A program made the translations under genes and the position numbers. Shown piece by piece: positions 26,507 through 36,203 of a DNA stretch of 64,000 bases. The notes under the pieces were generated by a model. That model did no database searches. It was not told the origin of the DNA and was given only the letters and a program-made list of their open reading frames with translations. Each line of letters begins with the position of its first letter. The first letter of the stretch is position 1. Where the stretch lies: the NCBI GenBank assembly GCA_015058275.1, contig SVCQ01000002.1:52902-116901 (forward strand), given 5' to 3'. This DNA comes from Clostridiales bacterium (GTDB taxonomy: Bacteria; Bacillota; Clostridia; Peptostreptococcales; Anaerovoracaceae).

Positions 26507-28234
26507 ATGAAGACAGAAACAGGATATGTAGCCGGAGTCAACGGAAACCTGATCAAAGTTGATTTCGATGGCTCCGTTCGAAAGAATGAAGTTGGTTACA
26601 TCCTCGTTGATGATAAGAGACTCAAAGGAGAGGTAATACGTATCAACAACGGGGAAGTAAGCATGCAGATCTACGAGATGACTGACGGCATCAAGGTCGG
26701 TGACAAGGTAGAGTTCACCGGCGAGCTGATGAGCGTAGATCTGGGTCCGGGACTGCTGACACAGGTATATGACGGTCTGCAGAACCCGCTGCCTGAACTT
26801 GCAGAGCAGTGCGGCTTCTTCCTGGACAGAGGCGTGTATCTGGATGCCATTCCGGATCGCGACTGGGAATTCACACCTGTAGCCAAGATCGGTGACCGGG
26901 TCAAGGCCGGCGACACCATCGGTACCGTACCGGAGGGCCTGTTCACGCACCACATCATGGTCCCGTTCACACTCAGGGGCAATGACTGGAAGGTCAAGTC
27001 CATCAAGGCTGCGGGCACCTACAATGTACATGATGTTATTTGCACTATCGCAAACGCCAAGGATGAGACAAAGGATCTCACGATGATCTTCACTCAGCCG
27101 GTCAAGCAGGCAGTCACATGCTATGCCGAGAGACTTCGCCCGAGTGAACCTCTCGTTACCAAGATCCGCTGTATCGATTCCTTCCTGCCGGTCGCCAAGG
27201 GCGGTACATTCTGCACCCCGGGACCGTTCGGAGCAGGTAAGACGGTACTCCAGCACATGCAGGCCAAGAACTCCGACGTTGACGTCGTTATAGTAGCGGC
27301 CTGCGGAGAGCGTGCCGGCGAGGTAGTAGAGGTACTCAAGGAGTTCCCTGAGCTGACCGACCCTAAGACAGGCCGCTCGCTGATGGAGAGAACTATCATC
27401 ATCTGTAATACATCCTCCATGCCGGTAGCCGCCAGAGAGGCGTCCTGCTATACAGCAGTTACACTGGCTGAGTACTACAGACAGATGGGACTCGACGTGC
27501 TGCTGCTCGCAGACTCGACAAGCCGCTGGGCTCAGGCCATGCGTGAGATGTCGGGACGTCTGGAAGAGATCCCTGGCGAGGAGGCCTTCCCGGCCTACCT
27601 GGAGTCCACCATCGCGGCCTTTTACGAGAGAGCCGGCAAGGTCCGTCTCAATGACGGCGAGGTGGCATCCATCACTATCGGCGGCACGGTATCGCCGGCC
27701 GGCGGTAACTTCGAGGAGCCGGTAACTCAGGCTACTCTTAAGGTAGTGGGAGCCTTCCACGGACTTGCGAGAGAGCGTTCCGATGCCCGTAAGTACCCGG
27801 CTATCCACCCGGTTGAGTCGTGGTCAAAATACAAGGGCGTTGTAGATATGGACCGCGTAGAGAAGGCCAGAGGCATTCTCGTAAGAAGTACGGAAGTCAA
27901 CCAGATGATGAAGGTAGTCGGCGAGGAAGGTACTTCCAGTGAGGACTACATCATCTATCAGAAGGGTGAACTTCTGGATGCGGTATATCTGCAGCAGAAC
28001 TCCTTCGATCCTATCGACCAGGCATGCGTGCCTGCGAGACAGCGCAAGGAATTCGATGTGCTCTATGACGCACTGATGCAGACATACAACATAACGGACA
28101 AAAAGGAGATCCGTGCATTCTTCAACCAGCTCAGACAGGAATTCCTCGACTGGCACGGCGCCGAGTTCGAGACAGAGGCCTTCACTGCTCAGGAAAAGAA
28201 GATCACAGACTTCTATATGTCAAAAGTCGGTTAG
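26507..28234 (+). CDS. ntpA: V-type ATPase catalytic subunit A
   Basis: Walker A GPFGAGKTV, the non-homologous insert region typical of A subunits, and LLLADSTSRWA. Confidence 0.95.
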   Translation: MKTETGYVAGVNGNLIKVDFDGSVRKNEVGYILVDDKRLKGEVIRINNGEVSMQIYEMTDGIKVGDKVEFTGELMSVDLGPGLLTQVYDGLQNPLPELAEQCGFFLDRGVYLDAIPDRDWEFTPVAKIGDRVKAGDTIGTVPEGLFTHHIMVPFTLRGNDWKVKSIKAAGTYNVHDVICTIANAKDETKDLTMIFTQPVKQAVTCYAERLRPSEPLVTKIRCIDSFLPVAKGGTFCTPGPFGAGKTVLQHMQAKNSDVDVVIVAACGERAGEVVEVLKEFPELTDPKTGRSLMERTIIICNTSSMPVAAREASCYTAVTLAEYYRQMGLDVLLLADSTSRWAQAMREMSGRLEEIPGEEAFPAYLESTIAAFYERAGKVRLNDGEVASITIGGTVSPAGGNFEEPVTQATLKVVGAFHGLARERSDARKYPAIHPVESWSKYKGVVDMDRVEKARGILVRSTEVNQMMKVVGEEGTSSEDYIIYQKGELLDAVYLQQNSFDPIDQACVPARQRKEFDVLYDALMQTYNITDKKEIRAFFNQLRQEFLDWHGAEFETEAFTAQEKKITDFYMSKVG

Positions 28235-28252
28235 CTGGGAGGACGGTGTGAT

Positions 28253-29548
28253 ATGCAAAAAGTATATACGAAAATAGAATCGATCGTAGGCAACGTTGTC
28301 ACCGTCCGTGCCAAGGGAGTCAGAAATGGCGACCTTGCGCTGGTAGGCGACAGCTACGCTAACGTAATCAAGCTGGACAAGGACATGGTGTCCCTCCAGG
28401 TATTCGCAGGCGCGCAGGGCGTCAGCACGACTGACCCTGTACGTTTCCTGGGCAGACCTATGATGGTATCGTTCTCAGACCACCTGCTCGGCCGCGTATT
28501 CGACGGTGCGGGAGTCCCGAGAGACAACGGACCTGCCCTCACAGAAAACATGATCCCGATCGGCGGACCATCCTTCAACCCGGCGAAGCGTATTCTGCCA
28601 AACAAGATGATCCGTACCGGTATCCCGATGATCGACGTATTCAACACGCTGGTTGAGAGTCAGAAGCTCCCGATCTTCTCCATCTCCGGAGAGCCATACA
28701 ACCAGCTGCTGTCGAGGATCGCGATGCAGGCCGAGGTAGACGTCATCATCCTCGGAGGCATGGGACTCAAGTACGATGACTACATGGAATTCCGCGACAC
28801 CCTTGAGAAGGGCGGAGCCATGAGCCACACGGTAATGTTCATTCATACAGCGGCGGACCCTATCGTAGAGTGCACGCTCGTACCGGATATGGCACTTGCA
28901 GTCGCAGAGCAGTTCGCTCTCGAGGGCAAGAGAGTGCTCGTGCTCCTTACGGACATGACGAACTTCGCCGATGCTCAAAAGGAAATGGCGATCACGATGG
29001 AGCAGGTACCGTCTAACCGTGGATATCCGGGCGACCTATACAGCTGCCTCGCTTCGCGTTACGAGAAGGCCGTAGATATCGAGGGCGCGGGTTCGATCAC
29101 GATCCTTGGCGTTACAACGATGCCGGGCGACGACGTAACCCACCCGGTACCGGACAACACCGGATATATCACTGAGGGCCAGTATTACCTCAAGAACGGC
29201 CACATCGAGCCGTTCGGATCGCTGTCCAGGCTCAAACAAAACGTAAACGGCAAGACCAGGGACGACCACCGTGCCCTGATGGACGGCATGATCAAGCTCT
29301 ACGCTCAGTACAAGGAGTCTCTCGAAAAGAAATCCATGGGATTCAACATGACTGAGTGGGACGACAAGCTCCTCAAATACGGTGAACTGTTCGAGACCAA
29401 GATGATGGACCTTTCCGTAAACATTCCGCTGGAAGACGCGCTTGACCTTGGCTGGGAGATCCTTGCTGACTGCTTTGACCCTGTTGAGACGGGTATGAAG
29501 ACAAGTCTGATCGAGGAGAGATGGCCTGATAAGGACGCGTTGAAATAG
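28253..29548 (+). CDS. ntpB: V-type ATPase subunit B
   Basis: B-subunit pattern without a P-loop ([10 protein letters not shown]..., [23 protein letters not shown]). Confidence 0.95.
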   Translation: MQKVYTKIESIVGNVVTVRAKGVRNGDLALVGDSYANVIKLDKDMVSLQVFAGAQGVSTTDPVRFLGRPMMVSFSDHLLGRVFDGAGVPRDNGPALTENMIPIGGPSFNPAKRILPNKMIRTGIPMIDVFNTLVESQKLPIFSISGEPYNQLLSRIAMQAEVDVIILGGMGLKYDDYMEFRDTLEKGGAMSHTVMFIHTAADPIVECTLVPDMALAVAEQFALEGKRVLVLLTDMTNFADAQKEMAITMEQVPSNRGYPGDLYSCLASRYEKAVDIEGAGSITILGVTTMPGDDVTHPVPDNTGYITEGQYYLKNGHIEPFGSLSRLKQNVNGKTRDDHRALMDGMIKLYAQYKESLEKKSMGFNMTEWDDKLLKYGELFETKMMDLSVNIPLEDALDLGWEILADCFDPVETGMKTSLIEERWPDKDALK

Positions 29549-29563
29549 TAAAGGAGCGGGTCC

Positions 29564-30172
29564 ATGGCTATCAAACTAACAAAAAACGAACTGAAGAAGC
29601 AGAAGGACAACCTTAAGCAGTTCCAGCGCTATCTTCCGACTCTGCAGCTCAAAAAGCAGCAGCTCCAGTCGGTGATAATGGGCATTCGCAACGAGCTGGA
29701 AAGCAAGGAGTCTGAACGCATTCAGATGATTGGTGACCTGGACGACTGGATCGCAGTATTCGCAGAGAACGAGATCTTCGAAGAGGACAAGAAACTCGAC
29801 AAACTTGTTCAACCGGACAAAGTCGTGACAAAGGATGAGAACATCGCAGGTGTAAGCATCCCGGCCTTCGAAGAGCTCACGTTCAAGGACATCAATTACG
29901 ATGTGGATGACTACCCGCTCTGGGTCGACACTGCATGCTTCAAACTTCGTGAGATCGCCAGGCTGGACGCAATCGTGTCAGTCCTCAGGAAGCAGACAGA
30001 GCTCCTTGAGGCCGAACTCAGGACGACCTCTCAGAGGGTCAACCTCTTCGAAAAGGTCAAGATACCTGAGGCCAAGGAGAATATAAGAGTCATTCAGGTT
30101 TACCTGGGAGACCAGCAGACTGCGGCCGTTGTCCGCGGCAAGATCTCTAAAAAGAAATTAGTGGAGGTATAG
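29564..30172 (+). CDS. ntpD: V-type ATPase subunit D
   Basis: Coiled-coil central stalk protein (LTKNELKKQKDNLK...TSQRVNLFEKVKIPE). Confidence 0.88.
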   Translation: MAIKLTKNELKKQKDNLKQFQRYLPTLQLKKQQLQSVIMGIRNELESKESERIQMIGDLDDWIAVFAENEIFEEDKKLDKLVQPDKVVTKDENIAGVSIPAFEELTFKDINYDVDDYPLWVDTACFKLREIARLDAIVSVLRKQTELLEAELRTTSQRVNLFEKVKIPEAKENIRVIQVYLGDQQTAAVVRGKISKKKLVEV

Positions 30173-30174
30173 CG

Positions 30175-31998
30175 ATGGTAGAAAAAATGAAAATGGTTCA
30201 CATCGTAACGACTGCCTCCCGTAAGGATGAGATGCTCAGAGCTCTCCGCGACGCCGGAGTGATGCATCTCGCCGAAAAGCAAAGTGCAGATCGTGAAGTA
30301 TCCGAACGCTTCCAGACCCTGTCCCGCACGGCGATGGCACTCGGTGACTACGCCGAAAAGAAACAGGCAATGAGCACTGAGATACTCAGCGATGATGAAT
30401 TCGACAAAATGTATAAGGGCGTGCTCGATGCTATCGATCGCAAGGCGGCTCTCAATCAGGAGATCAGTTCCGCCAACACGGAGATCGACAGGATCAGAGC
30501 CTGGGGCGAGTTCTCGCCTGCCGATGCAGCCGATCTCAGGGAGGCCGGATATGACCTCCACTTCTACCGCATGGGAGAGAAGGAGCTTGCTGCGGCGATC
30601 GAGGACGAGAACGTCAGGCTCATAAGACTCGCGCCTGTAGACAAGCAGCCTGCTGTTGCCGTGTTCGGCACTCTCCCGCCGGAGATCCCGGCTACGGAAT
30701 TCGTGCTTCCGGACAAGAGCATCAGCGAGATGCAGGCAGACATCGAGGCTGACAGAGCCGGCATTGCAGAGTGTGACGAGGTCCTAAAGGCAGCTTCCGT
30801 ACATCAGGCAAGCTTCAAGGACCAGATACTCAAGGCAAGCAACGAGCTCAACTATGCGACGGCTGATGCCACGGTCCAGGGCGACGACCAGTTCGTCTGG
30901 CTCTCGGGCTACATCCCTGAAGTCGACATGGACAAATTCAAGGAGATGGCGGAGGCTACAGGCTGCGCATGGGCGGCAGACGATGTGGCAGAAGACGACG
31001 ATCAGATCCCGACCAAGCTCAGATACAGCAAGGTATCCAGGCTTATCCAGCCGGTCTTCGACATCCTCGGCATACTGCCGGGATACAGAGAGCAGGACGT
31101 ATCGCTCTGGTTCCTCCTGTTCTTCACGCTGTTCTTCGCAATGATCATCGGAGACGGCGGCTACGGAGTGCTGATACTCCTCGGGACGATCGCTCTAAGA
31201 GTAAAGCAGGGCAAGGGCTCTACAGTGACATTCCTGCTCTTCGTGCTCTCGATAGCCACCATTGTATGGGGCGCCGTCACGGGCACCTGGTTCGGAATGG
31301 AGAGCGCCATGAAGGTACCGTTCCTCAAGGCTCTGGTAATACCGAGCCTGGCGACTTATCCGGAGTACTTCGGACTTACAAGCGACGTAACGCAGAACGC
31401 GATCATGAAGTTCTCGTTCTCGATCGGTGCCGTACAGATGTCGCTCGGATCGATACTGTCGATCAAGGAGAAGCTGCCTAAAAAGGATCTTTCGTGGGTT
31501 GCAGACCTCGGCTGGACCGTTGCGATCATCGCAATGTACCTGCTGGCGCTCAACCTCGTAATACACGATCCGATCCCTCTCACACCGGTCTTCGGCATGA
31601 TAGGAGTCGCGTTCGTACTGGTCCTGCTCTTCGGCGGCATGTCGCCTGAGCTGACATTCGGTCAGGGCCTCAAGGCAGGCCTCGCAAATGCATTCACGGA
31701 CTTCCTCGATACGATCAGCTGCTTCGGTAACGTAATGAGTTACATAAGGCTGTTCGCGGTAGGCATGGCCGGAGTTGCGATCTCCCAGAGCTTTAACGGG
31801 ATCGCGGCAGGCATGAGCGGTCCGCTGATCATCCTCGGTGTCCTGGTCGTACTTATAGGCCATGCACTCAACATAATAATGTGTTTCCTGTCGGTAGTGG
31901 TTCACGGCGTGCGTCTGAACGTACTCGAGTTCTCGGGCCAGGTAGGGCTTGAGTGGACAGGACTCCCATATGAGCCATTCAAAAAGATCGACAAATAA
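30175..31998 (+). CDS. ntpI: V-type ATPase subunit I (a-subunit, stator/ion channel)
   Basis: Cytoplasmic N-domain, then about 7 TM helices with the conserved SYIRLFAVG arginine motif. Confidence 0.9.
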   Translation: MVEKMKMVHIVTTASRKDEMLRALRDAGVMHLAEKQSADREVSERFQTLSRTAMALGDYAEKKQAMSTEILSDDEFDKMYKGVLDAIDRKAALNQEISSANTEIDRIRAWGEFSPADAADLREAGYDLHFYRMGEKELAAAIEDENVRLIRLAPVDKQPAVAVFGTLPPEIPATEFVLPDKSISEMQADIEADRAGIAECDEVLKAASVHQASFKDQILKASNELNYATADATVQGDDQFVWLSGYIPEVDMDKFKEMAEATGCAWAADDVAEDDDQIPTKLRYSKVSRLIQPVFDILGILPGYREQDVSLWFLLFFTLFFAMIIGDGGYGVLILLGTIALRVKQGKGSTVTFLLFVLSIATIVWGAVTGTWFGMESAMKVPFLKALVIPSLATYPEYFGLTSDVTQNAIMKFSFSIGAVQMSLGSILSIKEKLPKKDLSWVADLGWTVAIIAMYLLALNLVIHDPIPLTPVFGMIGVAFVLVLLFGGMSPELTFGQGLKAGLANAFTDFLDTISCFGNVMSYIRLFAVGMAGVAISQSFNGIAAGMSGPLIILGVLVVLIGHALNIIMCFLSVVVHGVRLNVLEFSGQVGLEWTGLPYEPFKKIDK

Positions 31999-32003
31999 AG
32001 TTA

Positions 32004-32033
32004 ATGTCATCCCGAGCATTGCGAAGGATATTC
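32004..32033. repeat. single diverged arm of the palindromic repeat family
   Basis: ATGTCATCCCGAGCATTGCGAAGGATATTC between ntpI and ntpK. Compare ATGTCATCCTGAGCGCAGCGAAGGATCTC at 23997. Confidence 0.5.
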
Positions 32034-32062
32034 AACAAATTTAACAGAAAAGGAGAACAATT

Positions 32063-32497
32063 ATGAATCTTGCATTTATAGGTATGGCTGCTGCCCTTGG
32101 TTTATCTGCTGCCGGTTCGGCATTTGGTGCCGGCTTTGCCGGAATGTCCGCTGTAGGCGCATGGAAGAAATGCTATGCCAGCGGTAAGCCTGCTCCGTTC
32201 ATCATGATCGCGTTCACAGGAGCGCCTCTTACTCAGACAATTTACGGCTTCCTGCTGATGAACTTCATCAACAGCGCTAACGCTGATGCAGGTCTCGCTC
32301 TCGGCGTAGGACTCTTCGGAGGACTCGCGATCGGCATGTCGGCTCTCTTCCAGGGCAAATGCGCCGCAGCATCCGCTGATGCGCTCGGTGCTACAGGCAA
32401 GGGTACTGCAAACTACTTCATCGTAATCGGTATCGTAGAGACAGTAGCTCTGTTCACCCTGGTATTCGGACTGCTGCTGCTCAACTCTGCTCATTAG
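32063..32497 (+). CDS. ntpK: V-type ATPase proteolipid subunit K (4-TM c-subunit)
   Basis: Four hydrophobic helices. PLTQTIYGF, ALFQGK and IVETVALF align with the Na+-ligand positions (T64/Q65, Q110, E139) that I recall for Enterococcus hirae NtpK. Confidence 0.9.
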   Translation: MNLAFIGMAAALGLSAAGSAFGAGFAGMSAVGAWKKCYASGKPAPFIMIAFTGAPLTQTIYGFLLMNFINSANADAGLALGVGLFGGLAIGMSALFQGKCAAASADALGATGKGTANYFIVIGIVETVALFTLVFGLLLLNSAH

Positions 32498-32637
32498 CAG
32501 CTTGACAATCGGCGCATAGCTTCGTCTGAGAACACTCTCACGTACTCACGTACTTCCGGGTACGCTCCGTGCGCTCGAGTGTACTCATCCTCGCTCTGCA
32601 TCCGGTTCTCTGCGCTGCGTAGTACAGAATTACATAA

Positions 32638-32674
32638 TAAAGAGGAGATCCTTTGCGGGATCTCCTCTTTGTTG
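32638..32674. terminator. bidirectional terminator between ntpK and the reverse-strand gene
   Basis: 11-bp stem AGAGGAGATCC (32641-32651) / GGATCTCCTCT (32658-32668), an A-rich tract upstream and a T-rich tract downstream. Confidence 0.75.
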
Positions 32675-32702
32675 TCTGTCGGTATTCAGTAATGGTGCCG
32701 GT

Positions 32703-33716
32703 CTATTCCGGATCCCAGTCTACCTGATCGCGGTAACTTCCGAACGGAGTCACCGGCAGGTATACGGTCATGTTGAAGTGGCGCTTCTCGAGAGCCTCCT
32801 TGTCGATGCGCATCATCAGGCAGAGCGCCCAGCCGCCGTCGAAGGTCAGCTGGATGGTATCCTTTGAGAGCTCGCCGTACTTGCCGGTAGCAAGTCTGAC
32901 ATCGAGGAGCTCTGTCGGGAAGTTGACCCTAGGCGTGTAGTAGTTGTCTGTGCCCGGGATGCGTCCGAGGTCGCCGTGAGCGTTGACGGCTCCGATACGT
33001 GTGATATGAAGCTCGTCGATCGGATTGAAGAAATAGTAGTCGATCGGACCGTAGAAGTAATCGAATAACTTCTTAGGAGCTTCCGGATGGTACCTGCAGA
33101 TACGAGGGATCTCAGCCATCACGGCTCTGAGCATCGGAGTGATGAGCTTGCCGTAGAGGAAGCTATCATCCTGGAGCTTGGAGAGCCAGGTCTCAGTGTC
33201 GTAAGGCTCGAATGTGAGAAGTATCTCGTTTATGTCGTTGAAGTACTCATTTGAGCACGGTACTCCGAAGATCCTGAATCCGAAGTCGTCGATCTCGTTG
33301 AACGAGCTTACGACCTTGTCGTCGTGATCGACGCTCTTGCGGTCTGCAACAGGCAGAGCCGTGATGACGCGGGCGCTGTTTTTGATAGAGATGGAGAATC
33401 TCCACTTCTTGTCTGGGCGCTCCAGCATGATCTCACCGAAGGAGTCCTGCTCGAGCGTCCTGGTCAGGTAGTTGAAGCGTACGCAGAGCGGTTCTCCGTC
33501 AGTCTCGAAGATGTAAGGCTCTTTGGATGCGAGGCGCCTGACTGCAGGATTGGCCTGTCTGAACGCGAGATCGCGGGCCTTGTCGTCGGCCTCGTCCCAG
33601 ACCTTCTGGAAGTGTCTGTACTCCTCATCATCCCTGAATGAATACGGGATGCCCCTGTCCTTGAGCAGTCTGTCGAAAGCCTCGGCTGTAGCTGCAACGA
33701 GTAAACTGTTGATCAT
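32703..33716 (-). CDS. hypothetical protein, possibly a PD-(D/E)xK-type nuclease (HaeIII-family-like?), orphan
   Basis: Clean 337-aa ORF with GGAAGGAGG 8 nt upstream of the ATG. It is the only minus-strand gene in the window. The segment DSFGEIMLERPDKKWRFSISIKNS...DDFGFRIFGVPCSNEYFNDINEIL has a D...E..(S)xK pattern, and from memory it resembles HaeIII-type restriction endonucleases. This is unverified. Confidence 0.75.
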   Translation of the reverse strand: MINSLLVAATAEAFDRLLKDRGIPYSFRDDEEYRHFQKVWDEADDKARDLAFRQANPAVRRLASKEPYIFETDGEPLCVRFNYLTRTLEQDSFGEIMLERPDKKWRFSISIKNSARVITALPVADRKSVDHDDKVVSSFNEIDDFGFRIFGVPCSNEYFNDINEILLTFEPYDTETWLSKLQDDSFLYGKLITPMLRAVMAEIPRICRYHPEAPKKLFDYFYGPIDYYFFNPIDELHITRIGAVNAHGDLGRIPGTDNYYTPRVNFPTELLDVRLATGKYGELSKDTIQLTFDGGWALCLMMRIDKEALEKRHFNMTVYLPVTPFGSYRDQVDWDPE

Positions 33717-33760
33717 ATGATTGGTCCTCCTTCCCCGGAAGCTGAATATATCTCATAGAT

Positions 33761-33783
33761 GCGGCCCCCCCGCCGCGTTTTTT
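33761..33783 (+). terminator. plus-strand terminator-like hairpin upstream of the phosphohexomutase gene
   Basis: GCGGC (33761-33765), C6 loop, GCCGC (33772-33776), then GTTTTTT. Confidence 0.35.
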
Positions 33784-33883
33784 ATCTGCATAAAGTATAT
33801 ATTATCTGAAGCAAAAAAACATCATTGGCATTCGCTTTAATATGGTAGAATTATTGCGAATGTATAACAACAGGAGTGTAGAT

Positions 33884-35380
33884 ATGACGGACATCAGCAA
33901 ACTTCAGAACGGAAGCGACATAAGGGGCATAGCCATCGACGGCGTGCCGGGCGAGGAGGTCAACCTGACCAGGGAGAGAGCGGGCCAGATAACAGGCGCG
34001 TTCTGCTACTGGCTGTCCCAAAAGGTACAAAAGAACCCCGTGATGCTCAACATCTGTGTGGGCTGCGACCCGAGGCTCTCGGGGCCTGAGCTCAAAGAGG
34101 GCGTCATGGAGGCGATCGGTCTGTGGGGAGCCCACGGAAGCGACGCCGGCATCGCGACCACTCCGGCCATGTTCATGTCCACGGTGCTGCCGTGCTTTGA
34201 GTTCGACGGCGCCATCATGATCACTGCGAGCCACCTGCCTTACAACAGGAACGGCTTCAAGTTCTTTACCGCAGAGGGCGGCCTTGACAAGGAGGACATA
34301 GCAGAGATCCTGAGGCTCGCCGGCAGGTACAACTTCATTGGAGGAGCCTATGACAGGGACCCTGTCAATGTGATGCCTATGTATGCGGCATATCTCCGCC
34401 AGATGATAACCCAGGGACTCGCAGATGTGCCGGGATACCTAAAGGGCATGCACATCGTGGTGGATGCGGGCAACGGCTCTGCGGGATTCTTTGCCACAGA
34501 GGTGCTTGAAAAGCTCGGTGCGGACATAAGCGGAAGCCAGTTCCTCGAGCCTGACGGCTCGTTCCCAAACCATCCGGCCAATCCGGAGGATCCTGATGCT
34601 ATGGCTGCGGTATGCAAGGCTGTCAAAGACAATGACGCGGACCTGGGCATCATATTCGATACCGACGGGGACCGCTCGGCTGCAGTGGCACCGGGAGGAG
34701 AGCCTATAGCACGCAACGAGATAGTCGCTCTTGCGGCGGCTCTTGCGGCAGACGATTATCCGGGCGGCACTGTTGTCACCGACAGCATCACATCAAACGA
34801 GCTTCACGATTTCATCGAGAAGAAGCTCGGACTCAAACATTACAGATACAAGAGGGGATACAGGAACGTCATCGGCAAGGCCAGGGAGCTCAGCGAGCAG
34901 GGCGAGAACGCCTTCCTCGCAATAGAGACATCCGGCCACGCCGCTTACTCTGACAATTACTACCTCGACGACGGAGCCTTCCTCGCGGTACAGATAGTCA
35001 TCAATGCCGCCAGGCTCAAACACGAGGGCAAGGATATCACGGCTCTTATCAAGGGCCTCAAAAAGCCTCTCGAATCGAGAGAGGTCAGGCTCAGGATCAA
35101 GGCCGAAGACTTCGCGTCGTACGGACGGGGCGTGCTCGAGGACTTCGAGAAGTGGGCGGATTACTCCGGTGGAATGGAGCTTGTAAGGCCGAATTACGAA
35201 GGCGTCAGGGTCAATTTCAGGAAGGACGGAGCCGAGGGCTGGTTCCTCCTGAGGATGTCGCTCCACGATCCTGTGATGCCGCTCAATATTGAATCCGGCC
35301 AGGAGGGCGGCGTGGACAAGGCCCTCAGCGCCATACGCGAATTCATGAAAGGCTACAAGGAGATAGAGATACCGGAATAG
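33884..35380 (+). CDS. phosphoglucomutase/phosphomannomutase family protein
   Basis: Active-site serine loop TASHLPYNRNGFKFF and Mg loop FDTDGDRSA. ATG 33884 lies 7 nt after AGGAG and is preferred over the ORF-track start 33842. Confidence 0.86.
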   Translation: MTDISKLQNGSDIRGIAIDGVPGEEVNLTRERAGQITGAFCYWLSQKVQKNPVMLNICVGCDPRLSGPELKEGVMEAIGLWGAHGSDAGIATTPAMFMSTVLPCFEFDGAIMITASHLPYNRNGFKFFTAEGGLDKEDIAEILRLAGRYNFIGGAYDRDPVNVMPMYAAYLRQMITQGLADVPGYLKGMHIVVDAGNGSAGFFATEVLEKLGADISGSQFLEPDGSFPNHPANPEDPDAMAAVCKAVKDNDADLGIIFDTDGDRSAAVAPGGEPIARNEIVALAAALAADDYPGGTVVTDSITSNELHDFIEKKLGLKHYRYKRGYRNVIGKARELSEQGENAFLAIETSGHAAYSDNYYLDDGAFLAVQIVINAARLKHEGKDITALIKGLKKPLESREVRLRIKAEDFASYGRGVLEDFEKWADYSGGMELVRPNYEGVRVNFRKDGAEGWFLLRMSLHDPVMPLNIESGQEGGVDKALSAIREFMKGYKEIEIPE

Positions 35381-35381
35381 G

Positions 35382-36200
35382 ATGGCAAAGGACAGCAAAG
35401 CGGCTAAGAGCAGGAGAATACGACGCGGCGCAGAGAACGTCATAATGGTTTGTCTTGCCCTCATTATCATCATCTCGGGCTGGAAGATCTACACCATACT
35501 GCACGGCTACAGCTCGAACAGGCAGGTGTACGAGAATATCTCAAGTCAGACGCAGTCACTGGGCTTTACCGGCGATATAGATTTCGACAAGCTCAGGGCG
35601 ATCAATCCCGACGTCATAGGGTGGGTATACTACGAGGATACCGTTATCGACTACCCTATAGTACAGGGCAGCGACAACAGCAAGTATCTGTACACTCTCT
35701 TTGACGGCAGTGAGGGAGGCTTCGGTACTCTCTTTGCGGATGCGGCGACTGAGCATCCGTTCAGGCAGTTCAACACCATCGTGTACGGGCACCACATGAG
35801 AGACGGCTCGATGTTCGCCCCGCTCAAAAAGCTCACGGACAGGTCGTACTGCGACGAACATCCGGTGATCGAGATCATCACGCCGGAGGGGAAGTTCCAC
35901 ATGCAGATATGGGCATTCCTCAATGAGCCGGCCGACAGCCAGATATATACCACTAATATAGATGATAAAGAAAAGCGCAGGGACTATCTTGAACTGGTCG
36001 AAGACCTCGCGGTCTATACAACTGATGTCAAGGTAAGCGAGAGCGACAGGCTCGTCATACTCTCGACATGCGCCTACGAGTATCAGGATGCCCGCTACAT
36101 GGTGGTAGGCAGGCTCGAGCCGTGGGAAGGCGAAGACATAGACATGGATTACGATGACGATACCGGATCCGGCGGTGATGCCGGAGATGAAGAGGGCTAG
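35382..36200 (+). CDS. srtB: class B sortase
   Basis: N-terminal TM, VIGWVYYEDTVIDYPIVQGSDNSKYL, TIVYGHHMRDGSMF, catalytic LSTC. Acidic C-terminal tail. Confidence 0.82.
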   Translation: MAKDSKAAKSRRIRRGAENVIMVCLALIIIISGWKIYTILHGYSSNRQVYENISSQTQSLGFTGDIDFDKLRAINPDVIGWVYYEDTVIDYPIVQGSDNSKYLYTLFDGSEGGFGTLFADAATEHPFRQFNTIVYGHHMRDGSMFAPLKKLTDRSYCDEHPVIEIITPEGKFHMQIWAFLNEPADSQIYTTNIDDKEKRRDYLELVEDLAVYTTDVKVSESDRLVILSTCAYEYQDARYMVVGRLEPWEGEDIDMDYDDDTGSGGDAGDEEG

Positions 36201-36203
36201 TTT

